A DNA stretch of 41,995 nucleotides from a candidate division WOR-3 bacterium (lineage in GTDB: Bacteria > SDB-A): positions 62,001 through 103,995 of the forward strand of contig JAFGSQ010000007.1 of NCBI GenBank assembly GCA_016934535.1, given 5' to 3'. This document shows positions 26,891 to 35,855 of this stretch, one piece after another. The notes beneath the pieces were generated by a model. It was not told the DNA's origin. It ran no database searches and was given only the letters and a program-made list of their open reading frames with translations. Position 1 is the first letter of the stretch. Each line of letters starts with the position of its first letter. Both the position numbers and the translations under genes were made by a program.

Positions 26891-29331
26891 TAATCATTGA
26901 TTCTTCGTCCATCGCTTACCGGAGCTACTTCGCTCTTCAGAAAGCCGATTTGAAGGCTCCGGACGGCAGAGAAAGCGGGGCGATTTACGGTTTTCTCAAT
27001 ACTCTCGTGTCTTTGAGGAAATCTTTTCCCTCGCATGATGTGGTGGCCGTTTTCGACGGCACAAAACCTTCTTTCAGGCGGAAATTTTTCGAAGAATACA
27101 AAGCCAACAGGGAGAGAATGCCTGAATCTCTCGCAAAACAAATCGAAAGTCTCGTAGGAGGTCTGCCGTATTTCGGATACCCGGTATTGAGAATGGAGGG
27201 TTTCGAAGCGGACGATATCATAGCTTCAATTGTTACCGCATACGGCTCCTTTGGCGACATCTTTATTGTGACGAGAGACAAGGATCTGGCTCAACTCGTA
27301 AAAAAGGGAGTCTCGCTCATATATCCTGGAAAATCAGGCAACTGGGACGTGATGAACGAAAAGGCTGTGTTCGCGAAATTCGGCGTCGTTCCTTCGAGAA
27401 TAAAAGATTTCCTTGTTCTCACAGGAGACACGAGTGACAACATACCAGGAGTTCCTGGAATAGGTTCTAAAACCGCGGCCAAACTTTTGGAAAATGGCCG
27501 TGATATTGAAACGATTATCGAAAATCCGAAAATGTACGCGACTGAAAGGATAGCCAAATCCATCGAACAAAGCAGGCAAACGATCGAAAAAGCAAAAATA
27601 TTGGTTGAATTGAAAACAGACCTTTCAATACCTGCTCCGGAAGATCTTAAAAACACTCCGGTGTCGCCTGAAGCGGCTGAGTTTTTAAAGGAATGGGGAA
27701 TGAAAAAAATAGCCGGAGATTTCGGCTTGGAACTGAAAGAAAATCCGCAGTTTTTTCCACATGATTTCAGTACGGAGGATATTGAAGGAATTGCGGCAGC
27801 ATCCTGTGATGACGATCGTTTGTTCGTGCTTCAAAAAGATGTTTGCCAGGAAGTTTCGGCAGGAGATTTGGAGCGAATCGCCGGAAATAATATCTTGGTT
27901 AGCGACGACATAAAAAAAACAGCTGTAACGGCCGGTTTTATGCCGCATGTCTTTGAGGACGCCGGAACAGCTTCTTATCTTATAAATCCAGAAAGCGGTC
28001 CTTACGATTGTGTTTCTCTTGTCAAAAAACACGAAGGAATATTTGCGGATTTTAAAACCTCCCTTTGCTCTCTGCCTGTTATTTGGAAAAAACTCGAGAA
28101 AGAAATGATCGGACAAGGGCTTTACGCTCTGTATCGTGATATTGAAAAACCCCTGATCCCCATCGTGACGAAAATGGAAAAAGCCGGGGTATTCATTGAC
28201 GGGGCTTATCTCGAAAAAATGAGCGCGGTTTTTTCAGAAGACCTGAAAAAAATTGAGGAAGAAATCCGGAAAGAAGCAAACTGCAACATAAATCCGCGAT
28301 CTCCCAAACAACTCGCAAACTTGCTTTTTGATAAACTTAAACTGCCTCCCGTGACAAAGACAAAAACGGGATTTTCGACAGATTCATACGCTTTAGAGCA
28401 GATAAAGGCTCTTCACCCTTTGGTCGGTATGATTCTCGAGCACAGGTTCATTTCCAAAATGCTTTCGACATACATAGATGTCATCCCCTGCATTTTGGAC
28501 AAAAATTCGCGACTCCACTGCAAATTCGATCTGCGCGCGACTGCTACGGGAAGGTTTTCCTCCTACGATCCGAATTTGCAGAACATACCAATGAAAAATC
28601 CAAGGGCGAGAGAAATCAGAAAAGCTTTCAGAGCTCCCAAAGGAAAAAAACTGCTCTCGGCCGATTATTCACAGATTGAACTCCGATTGGCGGCTCACCT
28701 GTCCCGGGACAAGACTTTTTTGGATGCTTTCAGAAACGGAGAAGACATTCATGCAAGAACCGCTTCGGAAATTCTGTCCCTGGACCCTGAAAAAATCGGA
28801 ACGAGAGAAAGAAATCTTGCAAAGACGGTCAATTTCGGTGTTCTCTACGGAATGTCTCCGTTTAAACTTTCGAAAGACATGGGAATTTCCCTCAAAGAAG
28901 CGAGGAACTTCATAGATGATTATTTCAACAGATTTTCCAGAATAAAAAATTGGCAGGAAGAACTGGTGAATGAAGCTGAAAAAACCGGCGAGATAAGAAC
29001 TTTTACGGGAAGAAGAAGAATGATAGACGGCCTTGAAAGCAGGAACATGAAAGAAAGAGAGAAGGCAAAAAGAAAAGTATTCAACACGCCCGTACAGGGG
29101 GGGGCTGCCGATATAATAAAAATATCAATGATCGGCGTAACCGAAGCTCTGAAAGGAGAAGAAGCCGAGCTCGTGCTGCAGATTCACGACGAGCTTCTTT
29201 TTGAAGTAAATGAAAAATCCGTTGAAAAAACGGCGGAGATAGTTAAAAATACAATGGAAAATGCTGTGAAACTTGACGTTCCCCTGACGGTTTCCGCCGC
29301 CTGGGGAGAAAGCTGGTTTGATACTCACTAA
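26887..29331 (+). CDS. polA: DNA polymerase I (5'-3' exonuclease + polymerase; degenerate 3'-5' exonuclease)
   Basis: IIDSSSIAYRSYFA, EADDII, DKDLAQL, GDTSDNIPGVPGIG, TGRFSS, ADYSQIELR, AKTVNFGVLYG, QIHDELLFE. Confidence 0.96.
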   Translation: MIIIDSSSIAYRSYFALQKADLKAPDGRESGAIYGFLNTLVSLRKSFPSHDVVAVFDGTKPSFRRKFFEEYKANRERMPESLAKQIESLVGGLPYFGYPVLRMEGFEADDIIASIVTAYGSFGDIFIVTRDKDLAQLVKKGVSLIYPGKSGNWDVMNEKAVFAKFGVVPSRIKDFLVLTGDTSDNIPGVPGIGSKTAAKLLENGRDIETIIENPKMYATERIAKSIEQSRQTIEKAKILVELKTDLSIPAPEDLKNTPVSPEAAEFLKEWGMKKIAGDFGLELKENPQFFPHDFSTEDIEGIAAASCDDDRLFVLQKDVCQEVSAGDLERIAGNNILVSDDIKKTAVTAGFMPHVFEDAGTASYLINPESGPYDCVSLVKKHEGIFADFKTSLCSLPVIWKKLEKEMIGQGLYALYRDIEKPLIPIVTKMEKAGVFIDGAYLEKMSAVFSEDLKKIEEEIRKEANCNINPRSPKQLANLLFDKLKLPPVTKTKTGFSTDSYALEQIKALHPLVGMILEHRFISKMLSTYIDVIPCILDKNSRLHCKFDLRATATGRFSSYDPNLQNIPMKNPRAREIRKAFRAPKGKKLLSADYSQIELRLAAHLSRDKTFLDAFRNGEDIHARTASEILSLDPEKIGTRERNLAKTVNFGVLYGMSPFKLSKDMGISLKEARNFIDDYFNRFSRIKNWQEELVNEAEKTGEIRTFTGRRRMIDGLESRNMKEREKAKRKVFNTPVQGGAADIIKISMIGVTEALKGEEAELVLQIHDELLFEVNEKSVEKTAEIVKNTMENAVKLDVPLTVSAAWGESWFDTH

Positions 29332-29352
29332 AAACGGATATTGGAGGGCGGC

Positions 29353-30276
29353 ATGAAAATAAAACATGTAATAGAGTCTCAACAGTTCAACAAAGAAATG
29401 CTCGAAGAAATATTCAGGGAATCTGAAGAGATGGAGAGGATAGCGTTTTCAGGCGGAAGCGACATATTGAAACATAACATTATGGCAACAGTTTTCTATG
29501 AACCGAGTACGAGAACCAGGCTCAGTTTTGAATCGGCCATGCTTAGGCTCGGAGGCGAAATAGTGTCGACTGAAAACGCCCGGGAATTCTCTTCCGCGGC
29601 CAAAGGAGAGAGCCTGCACGACACGATAAGGACGCTTCAGTCTTATTCGGATTTGATTGTTCTGAGGCATTACGAGAGCGGCGCGGCCAAAGCCGCCATA
29701 GAGGTCGCGACAGTGCCTGTAATTAACGCCGGAGACGGATCCGGCCAGCATCCGACTCAATCTTTGCTTGACATGTATACAATCAAACAGAATTTTTCTC
29801 GTATCGAAAATCTTAGCGTCGCTCTTGTGGGTGATCTCGAAAACGGAAGAACAGTGAGGTCACTGTCTTATCTCCTGGCCAAATACGAGGGGGTGAAAAT
29901 AGTATTCGTTTCTCCCGAATGTCTTAAAATGAGGGACGACATCAAAGAGTATCTCGACAGACATGCCGTGAGCTGGGAAGAATCGGAAAACCTGAAGGAT
30001 GTCGCTTCCAAAGTCGATGTCATATACATGACTAGAATTCAGAGGGAAAGGCTCCTCGACAGGCCGGACGATTACGAAAAAGCAAAAGGAAAATTTATAG
30101 TAGATAATGAAATTGTAAATGCTATGAAAAAGGATTCGATCCTTCTACACCCTCTTCCGAGAGTTGACGAAATATCATCTGAAGTGGATTCTAATCCGAG
30201 GTCGTTGTATTTCAAACAGGTTCAGAATGGCCTCTTCGTCAGAATGGCTCTTTTAAAAATGTGTCTGATTGGCTGA
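29353..30276 (+). CDS. pyrB: Aspartate carbamoyltransferase catalytic subunit (plant-like)
   Basis: FYEPSTRTR, KGE, NAGDG, HPTQ, VGDL, TRIQRER, HPLPR; SD GGAGG before ATG 29353. Confidence 0.97.
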   Translation: MKIKHVIESQQFNKEMLEEIFRESEEMERIAFSGGSDILKHNIMATVFYEPSTRTRLSFESAMLRLGGEIVSTENAREFSSAAKGESLHDTIRTLQSYSDLIVLRHYESGAAKAAIEVATVPVINAGDGSGQHPTQSLLDMYTIKQNFSRIENLSVALVGDLENGRTVRSLSYLLAKYEGVKIVFVSPECLKMRDDIKEYLDRHAVSWEESENLKDVASKVDVIYMTRIQRERLLDRPDDYEKAKGKFIVDNEIVNAMKKDSILLHPLPRVDEISSEVDSNPRSLYFKQVQNGLFVRMALLKMCLIG

Positions 30277-30296
30277 TTCGAAAACGAAAAGGCCGG

Positions 30297-30791
30297 ATGA
30301 AATTCTTCGAAGCGGACAGGAAGAAATACCCTCTGTGGGCTTTGAGTTTCAGCACATTATTTCTCCTGGTTTGGCTTCTGGGAGTTGTTCCGGCTTTTTT
30401 GGATTCATGCGGATTACAAGCTGGTTCACTGAAAATCAGGATTTTCTATAAAGTCCTTTGTCACGGTCTTCCTGAACGATGCCCTCATTATTTCGGACAG
30501 CCGGCCGCTGTGTGCTTCAGATGTACGGGTATTGATCTCGGATTTTTTTTTACCGGTGCAGTTTTTTACCCTTTATTAAGAAGATATCTTGATCCGGGGA
30601 TATGGCCGGTACATCTTGCGTTAATAACTGTTTTCTCCGTATTTATATTTCTGGAATGGATCGCTGAACTGCTCGGATTTATCTCTTCATCCTGGATATT
30701 ACAGTACAGTACGGGCATGCTGTTTTCGACGGGAATAAGTATTTTCCTGTTTTCAATAGCGGAAAATGTTATCGAAACGTACTGTGACTGA
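30297..30791 (+). CDS. DUF2085-family membrane protein
   Basis: CHxxPER...CxRCTG motif (LCHGLPERC...VCFRCTGI) with 4-5 hydrophobic helices. Confidence 0.8.
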   Translation: MKFFEADRKKYPLWALSFSTLFLLVWLLGVVPAFLDSCGLQAGSLKIRIFYKVLCHGLPERCPHYFGQPAAVCFRCTGIDLGFFFTGAVFYPLLRRYLDPGIWPVHLALITVFSVFIFLEWIAELLGFISSSWILQYSTGMLFSTGISIFLFSIAENVIETYCD

Positions 30792-30795
30792 AATT

Positions 30796-31737
30796 CTAAT
30801 AAATTGTTTCAGGATAAGGTGAAAAAAAAGTCTGGCGCGCCAGATAGTTCTCGTCAAACCTGATTATCCAGGACATCAACACCGATCTGCATTCGCTTAA
30901 TGTTGTCAGGTCATTCGAATACTTGTCTAAAATTCCGAGAAAATAATCTCTTTCTCTTTTTGATAGTTTTTTTGAAAAATATCCGAATCCGTGCAATAGG
31001 ACGTTGACGACAGATCCTTTCCTGCATTGCCGTGAAAAAACCTTGGGCAGGATTTTTACGTATTTGTCAAAAACCGATATAACCGGTTCTTTAAAGGGAT
31101 TTGATACTATTTTTCCAAGACATTTTAAAGCGGACTGATTGTAACTCATGAATAGATACTTGTTGTCGGAGTGATAATCGACCAGACCTTTTATTGAAGG
31201 CTTTTGTGAGATTACCCTGAATTCAGCCAGAGCATAAAGTTTGGTGAGGAAAAGATCTCTTATTCCATTGTCATTGAGCCTGCCTTCGGTTTCGATGGCG
31301 AGGTGTCCGTATAATTCTCTCGACTTTTCCCCAAAAAGACCCGAACCTTTCAAACTCAGCGGCTGTGTATCTTCGGCGCAGGCATAGATTTTTACGTCTT
31401 TTATTCCGCACGAAGGCGATCTGTCTTTGAGAATGAATCCGTCGACGTCTTTTAGAGAATATAGAAATCCGTCCGAATAGTTCCGCATTATTTTTGTCAG
31501 ATCTGCTCCCGTTCCGCGCTGAATCATCGTCGTTGTTCCATTTTTCAGGATCAGCCTGACCGGCTTCCTTGGAACTCCCAGCCCAATTTCGTATTCGGGG
31601 CAGACCGTTATAAAATCGAAAAAGCCGATGAACTTTCTGACGACGGGACTGGATATCATTGCTCCGTTCCAGCGGCAGGAATCGAATTCGACGCATCTGC
31701 TCAAAACGACTTTGGGTTTTGTAAAATTTTTCAGCAT
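30796..31737 (-). CDS. DUF523 (TudS-like Fe-S desulfidase) + DUF1722 fusion protein (YbgA/RudS-like)
   Basis: SRC...CRWNG, VCPEYEIGLGVPR, LKDRSPSCG, EGRLND, YHSDNKYLFMSY, NVLLHGFGYFSKKL, YLARQTFFSPYP. Confidence 0.88.
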   Translation of the reverse strand: MLKNFTKPKVVLSRCVEFDSCRWNGAMISSPVVRKFIGFFDFITVCPEYEIGLGVPRKPVRLILKNGTTTMIQRGTGADLTKIMRNYSDGFLYSLKDVDGFILKDRSPSCGIKDVKIYACAEDTQPLSLKGSGLFGEKSRELYGHLAIETEGRLNDNGIRDLFLTKLYALAEFRVISQKPSIKGLVDYHSDNKYLFMSYNQSALKCLGKIVSNPFKEPVISVFDKYVKILPKVFSRQCRKGSVVNVLLHGFGYFSKKLSKRERDYFLGILDKYSNDLTTLSECRSVLMSWIIRFDENYLARQTFFSPYPETIY

Positions 31738-31738
31738 G

Positions 31739-32509
31739 TCAGGAGTTTTGGGGGAGTCCCCAGTGTTTAGTTACAAACTTTAAAGTGCTCGAAGCGTGAT
31801 ATAGAGCCGCGCGGGAGAAAATATTTTTGCTTTCCTTTTTGTGAACATGAAACATTTCGCTTCCGGGAACATAAAAGACATGCATTCCGGATCTTTTGCA
31901 GTAAAGGCACAGATCTACGTCTTCGAAATATATAAAATACCTGGGGTCGAAAATGAAGCCTCTTTTTTCGGCCAAACTCCGTCTTATCAAAAGGCAAGCT
32001 CCTGCGGCCCAGTCTACTTTCTCTGGTTTTTTAAGATTGATGTCTCTCATCAGGTGTCTGGCATAAAAAGTCCTTGACTCTTTGTTCTTAACAGGGGCTC
32101 TGGAAAAGATGACGTCAAAAATGTTGAAAAATTTTCTCGCTGAAAATTGCCTTTCACCGTTAGGAAGAACAAGTTTCGGTGCGGCTATTCCCGCGTGAGG
32201 ATTTTCAGCCATAAATTTGACGAGCGAGACCACCGAATTTTTTCCGGGCAAAACGTCAGGATTCAGGACCATGAAGAGCGATCCGTTTGAATTTCTGAAA
32301 GCCGCGTTGTGTCCTTCGCCGAAACCGAGGTTTTTACCCGGTTCGATTGATATGACATTCGAGGGGAGACAAATATCGAGAGGTGAGTTTTTTACAAGCA
32401 GGATTTCGGTGTTTTCAGGAAGATCTGTATCTGAAAAGAGCTTTTCGAGCAGGTTTGATGTGTGTTTGCCGTCACCATAATGGACTATGGATATCGAAAG
32501 CAGGTTCAT
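31739..32509 (-). CDS. Family 2 glycosyltransferase (WbbL-like)
   Basis: SIVHY, NLGFGEGHN, LNPD, DWAAGACLL, FDPRYFIYFEDVDLC; ATG 32509 overlaps the upstream permease stop (ATGA). Confidence 0.9.
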   Translation of the reverse strand: MNLLSISIVHYGDGKHTSNLLEKLFSDTDLPENTEILLVKNSPLDICLPSNVISIEPGKNLGFGEGHNAAFRNSNGSLFMVLNPDVLPGKNSVVSLVKFMAENPHAGIAAPKLVLPNGERQFSARKFFNIFDVIFSRAPVKNKESRTFYARHLMRDINLKKPEKVDWAAGACLLIRRSLAEKRGFIFDPRYFIYFEDVDLCLYCKRSGMHVFYVPGSEMFHVHKKESKNIFSRAALYHASSTLKFVTKHWGLPQNS

Positions 32510-33612
32510 CTTCTTATTTTCAAAAACATCCATATTCCGAACACAGTAAAGGATATATTAGTACCCCATGAAGCTATAAAAGGATCGAGCGCGCCCGCAT
32601 AACCCATTGAGATTCCTATCTGAAGCAGACCCCAGTAAACGAATGATATCAGAAGGCTTAGACCGAAGCCGACTCCTATGCTGGATCTGCGTCTGTCAAG
32701 AGCCAGAGGCGCCCCCAAAAGAGATATGACAAAAGCGGCGGCCGGATAGGAAGCTCTCTTGTGCATGTCTACAATGATTTTCCTGATTATCTCAGGTCTT
32801 GCACCCGAAGATTGGGCTTTGGAAAGATACTCTCTGAGCTCCCTGATTGACATCTCGTCCTGTCTTATCTGTCTCACTATCATTTCCTCAAGCGGTGCTA
32901 TCGAGTTAAATGAAGTCTCGGCTGAGAAAAAGCATCTTTCGTAACCGGATTCTCCGACGGATTTTTCCGGATCGAAAACTCTTACCCAGCAATTGTAGAA
33001 AACCCATTTTTCGCCCGTCCACAGGGCTTTTTCGGAATCTATCTTTTTTCTCACTTTCCAACTGCCGTCAATAAAAATAACCGTAGGTCTTTCCATGTAT
33101 CTGTTTCCCGGATCGAAAGTTTTCGCGAAATAGTAATCGTCTTCTCTGCCTCTGAAAGAATAATCACTGGTCTGAGTGAACCACGGCGGTTGAGATCTGT
33201 ATATTTCCACTTCTTTCGTGTAAATGAATTTTCGGGCGTATTGAGGCACGAAAAATTCGTTCAAATAAAAAAGAACGAGAAAAATGAAGAAAGCTGATAT
33301 GATAACGGGAAGCATTATTCTGTAGGAACTTATTCCGACGGCCTGCATCGCTATTATTTCAAAATTCTTCGAAAGCTTGCCGAGTGTGAAAAAACAGGAA
33401 AGAAGAACAGCGACCGGTGTAAGCAGAACCAACAGGGACGGTATTTGATAGTAGTAATATTTAAAAATTATTATAAGAGGAACGCTTCTGTCGAGAAAAA
33501 CGTGTATGTGATCTATCAGGTCGACAGTGATATAAATTAAGATAAAACCGAAACCTCCCATGAGAACGAATTTAATGTATTTTGAAAATATGTAGCCGTC
33601 TATAATCTTCAT
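32506..33612 (-). CDS. lptG: LptF/LptG-family LPS export permease (LptG-like)
   Basis: MKIIDGYI start, 3 TM + periplasmic domain + 3 TM, LSKNFEIIAMQAVGIS, EMSIREL, HKRASYP; second of a tandem pair. Confidence 0.85.
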   Translation of the reverse strand: MKIIDGYIFSKYIKFVLMGGFGFILIYITVDLIDHIHVFLDRSVPLIIIFKYYYYQIPSLLVLLTPVAVLLSCFFTLGKLSKNFEIIAMQAVGISSYRIMLPVIISAFFIFLVLFYLNEFFVPQYARKFIYTKEVEIYRSQPPWFTQTSDYSFRGREDDYYFAKTFDPGNRYMERPTVIFIDGSWKVRKKIDSEKALWTGEKWVFYNCWVRVFDPEKSVGESGYERCFFSAETSFNSIAPLEEMIVRQIRQDEMSIRELREYLSKAQSSGARPEIIRKIIVDMHKRASYPAAAFVISLLGAPLALDRRRSSIGVGFGLSLLISFVYWGLLQIGISMGYAGALDPFIASWGTNISFTVFGIWMFLKIRR

Positions 33613-34841
33613 CTTTTCCAGAAATGTATGGAGTCGAAGAAAAATCCGCAATAAAGCCATAAACCGAGAACTAGAAAAAAAATGTTGGCGGACCACATCG
33701 CCACTAGTGAGTTTAGAAATCCTCTGTCTGAGAGGGTTTCACCGCCGACTATGAAGATGTAGTATACGGTTGTAATTAGTATTGCGATCCCAAAAGCTGC
33801 TCCCATGCCTCCCTTGCGCGTCAGTATACCCAAAGGCACTCCGAGGAATATAAACGTGAAAGCGGCGAAGGGAAGAGAATATTTTTTGTGAATTTCAACC
33901 GAGTACCTGTCTATCTCGCTTTCTATTGTCTGAATCTGAATGTCGGCGGAAGACAGTAATATTTCATCGGGCGGAATCAAAGAGGCGGCAACGGCGGAAT
34001 CCTTGTAATTTCTCAGCGAGTCGAGTTCCCGGTTCCATGTCCTTATCCTTTCAGCCATTTCTTGAGCGGACATCTCCCTGTCGCCTCTGTAAGAAGTGTC
34101 GGGTCTCGCTTCGGGAGGCAGAAAGATATTTATCATCTGCGTGTCGAAATCCATGCTCCAATACGCCCCTTCCTGACCCAGTATATGCCTTTGGCCGTCG
34201 GTCATCGTAAATGTGACGAGGTTCCAGTCCCTGTCTATCGAAATAAACGCTTCTCTGGAAATTATGAATTCCGTGTTGCCCACTGCGTCGTCGATTTTAC
34301 TGTACAGAAGCACGTCTTCAAGTTTAGCCGGATGGGAGGATTTGTCTATGGCTCTTGCATAAAGCAGGTAACCAGGAAAATTCGATATGAAACTCCTCGG
34401 AGCCAGTTCGGCAACAGGTCTTTTTTCTCCGACCTCGAGTAAAAGGATTTTAACTCTGTGATTTGTGACAGGAAGTATGTGATTGTTGAAATACACCATC
34501 GCAACGACAAAAACGGCTGCAAAAAGACTTAAGGGGGGCAGAAGTCTCAAAGGATTGATGCCCAGGGCTTTCATTGAAATGATCTCGAAATCTTCGGACA
34601 TTCTTCCGAAAACCGCCAGGACGGAAGTCAAAAAAGCCATGGGCGCAGTAATGGCTATAATGAATGGCAGACTGTAAAGAAATATCAACCCGACCGTCGC
34701 CGGATCGAGTCCTTTTCCGAAAATAAGATCTACGAGTTCGAACAGTCGGTTCATTATCAGAACGAAAGTGTAGACAAAAAACGAGAGAATGAATGGGACA
34801 GCGTGTTGTCTCAGGACATAGACGTCAAAAGGAAGAATCAT
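33609..34841 (-). CDS. lptF: LptF/LptG-family LPS export permease (LptF-like)
   Basis: DVYVLR, FGRMSEDFEIISMKALGI, EIHKKYSLPFA, LGVPLG; first of a tandem pair. Confidence 0.85.
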   Translation of the reverse strand: MILPFDVYVLRQHAVPFILSFFVYTFVLIMNRLFELVDLIFGKGLDPATVGLIFLYSLPFIIAITAPMAFLTSVLAVFGRMSEDFEIISMKALGINPLRLLPPLSLFAAVFVVAMVYFNNHILPVTNHRVKILLLEVGEKRPVAELAPRSFISNFPGYLLYARAIDKSSHPAKLEDVLLYSKIDDAVGNTEFIISREAFISIDRDWNLVTFTMTDGQRHILGQEGAYWSMDFDTQMINIFLPPEARPDTSYRGDREMSAQEMAERIRTWNRELDSLRNYKDSAVAASLIPPDEILLSSADIQIQTIESEIDRYSVEIHKKYSLPFAAFTFIFLGVPLGILTRKGGMGAAFGIAILITTVYYIFIVGGETLSDRGFLNSLVAMWSANIFFLVLGLWLYCGFFFDSIHFWKR

Positions 34842-35631
34842 ATACCACCCGCCAGTAGATGAAGGGATGTTCAACGACTCTGACGATTGTAACGCCGATA
34901 AAATCAACTTTAGACCTCATGTAAGATGTGAAAGAAGACCACGGAAGATCGGTCACTGATTTACGGCTCATCGAGGCGTGCCTGAAAACACCCGGTTCTT
35001 TAATGTAAAAGCCCCAATGAGCTATGTCAATTCCAGGCTTTCCGGAGACTATCATTATCAGGTCTCCGTCCTCGAGGAAGCCGGGTAATTCTGCAAGAAA
35101 AGACTTGTCAATGTAAATGATTTCCGCATCGTTTGCCGGGAAGGATTCGGAGGGAGAGAACCCGTGTTCCGTGAGGAAAGCGTATCTGTCAATTGTCTTT
35201 GATATCGAACAAGTTGCATGAAAACAACCCGTTACGTCTTTGCATATCCAGGAGTTGGCCGGCAGCCAGTCGATGTATGAATAATGGTTTCTCGTCTCGA
35301 ATGAAATTATTCCTTCTCTGTATCTTATGTGGTTTAAAATTTCTAGAAAATCGCTGAAACCGTATTCTGTCAATGAAAGAGCAAGCACCTGTTCGCAGAA
35401 AGTCACGCAATCCACTTTGGAAAAATCGTACAGAGGGTCGTCGTCCGGAAAACCGTTTTCTCCTTCGCCGAGAGGACCGAGATAGTATTCTATCCCGAGA
35501 AAAAGTTCCGAATAATGTGCGATACGCTGTCCGGACGTCAGGTTCTTTGAATTAACGTCCTGGACTATGTTTTCTACTGATTCAGGTGTAATTATCGCCA
35601 TTATCGAGCAGAATATCAGGACTTCGGACAT
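34825..35631 (-). CDS. DUF1460 N-acetylmuramoyl-L-alanine amidase-like protein (NlpC/P60 superfamily)
   Basis: FLGIEY...LGEG, DCVTFCE (catalytic Cys), IRYREG...RNHY..DW, DIAHWGF, HAS. Confidence 0.85.
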   Translation of the reverse strand: MSEVLIFCSIMAIITPESVENIVQDVNSKNLTSGQRIAHYSELFLGIEYYLGPLGEGENGFPDDDPLYDFSKVDCVTFCEQVLALSLTEYGFSDFLEILNHIRYREGIISFETRNHYSYIDWLPANSWICKDVTGCFHATCSISKTIDRYAFLTEHGFSPSESFPANDAEIIYIDKSFLAELPGFLEDGDLIMIVSGKPGIDIAHWGFYIKEPGVFRHASMSRKSVTDLPWSSFTSYMRSKVDFIGVTIVRVVEHPFIYWRVVYDSSF

Positions 35632-35855
35632 GAACCTTCGTCTGTTATTTTCGGATAAAAAACAATATTTTCGAACATACAGTAAAATTCCATCGTCACC
35701 TCTCGATTATAAAAAGATATGTTATATCTAATTCATACATTCATCAACTTAAATGATGGTTTTAAAGAAAAAACAGAAAATTCAGTCAATATATTTTATC
35801 AAAAACAAGGAAAAATAATGTTTATAAATATTTACTGATCTGATAATTTATACTA

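Noticed and set aside
31271-31696. 141-aa alternative-frame ORF inside the DUF523-DUF1722 gene
   Set aside because: Arg-rich off-frame translation nested in a gene with clear motifs.
29353-31737. pyrB plus TudS-family gene as a pyrimidine salvage operon
   Set aside because: They are on opposite strands at the ends of two convergent operons; the proximity is probably incidental.
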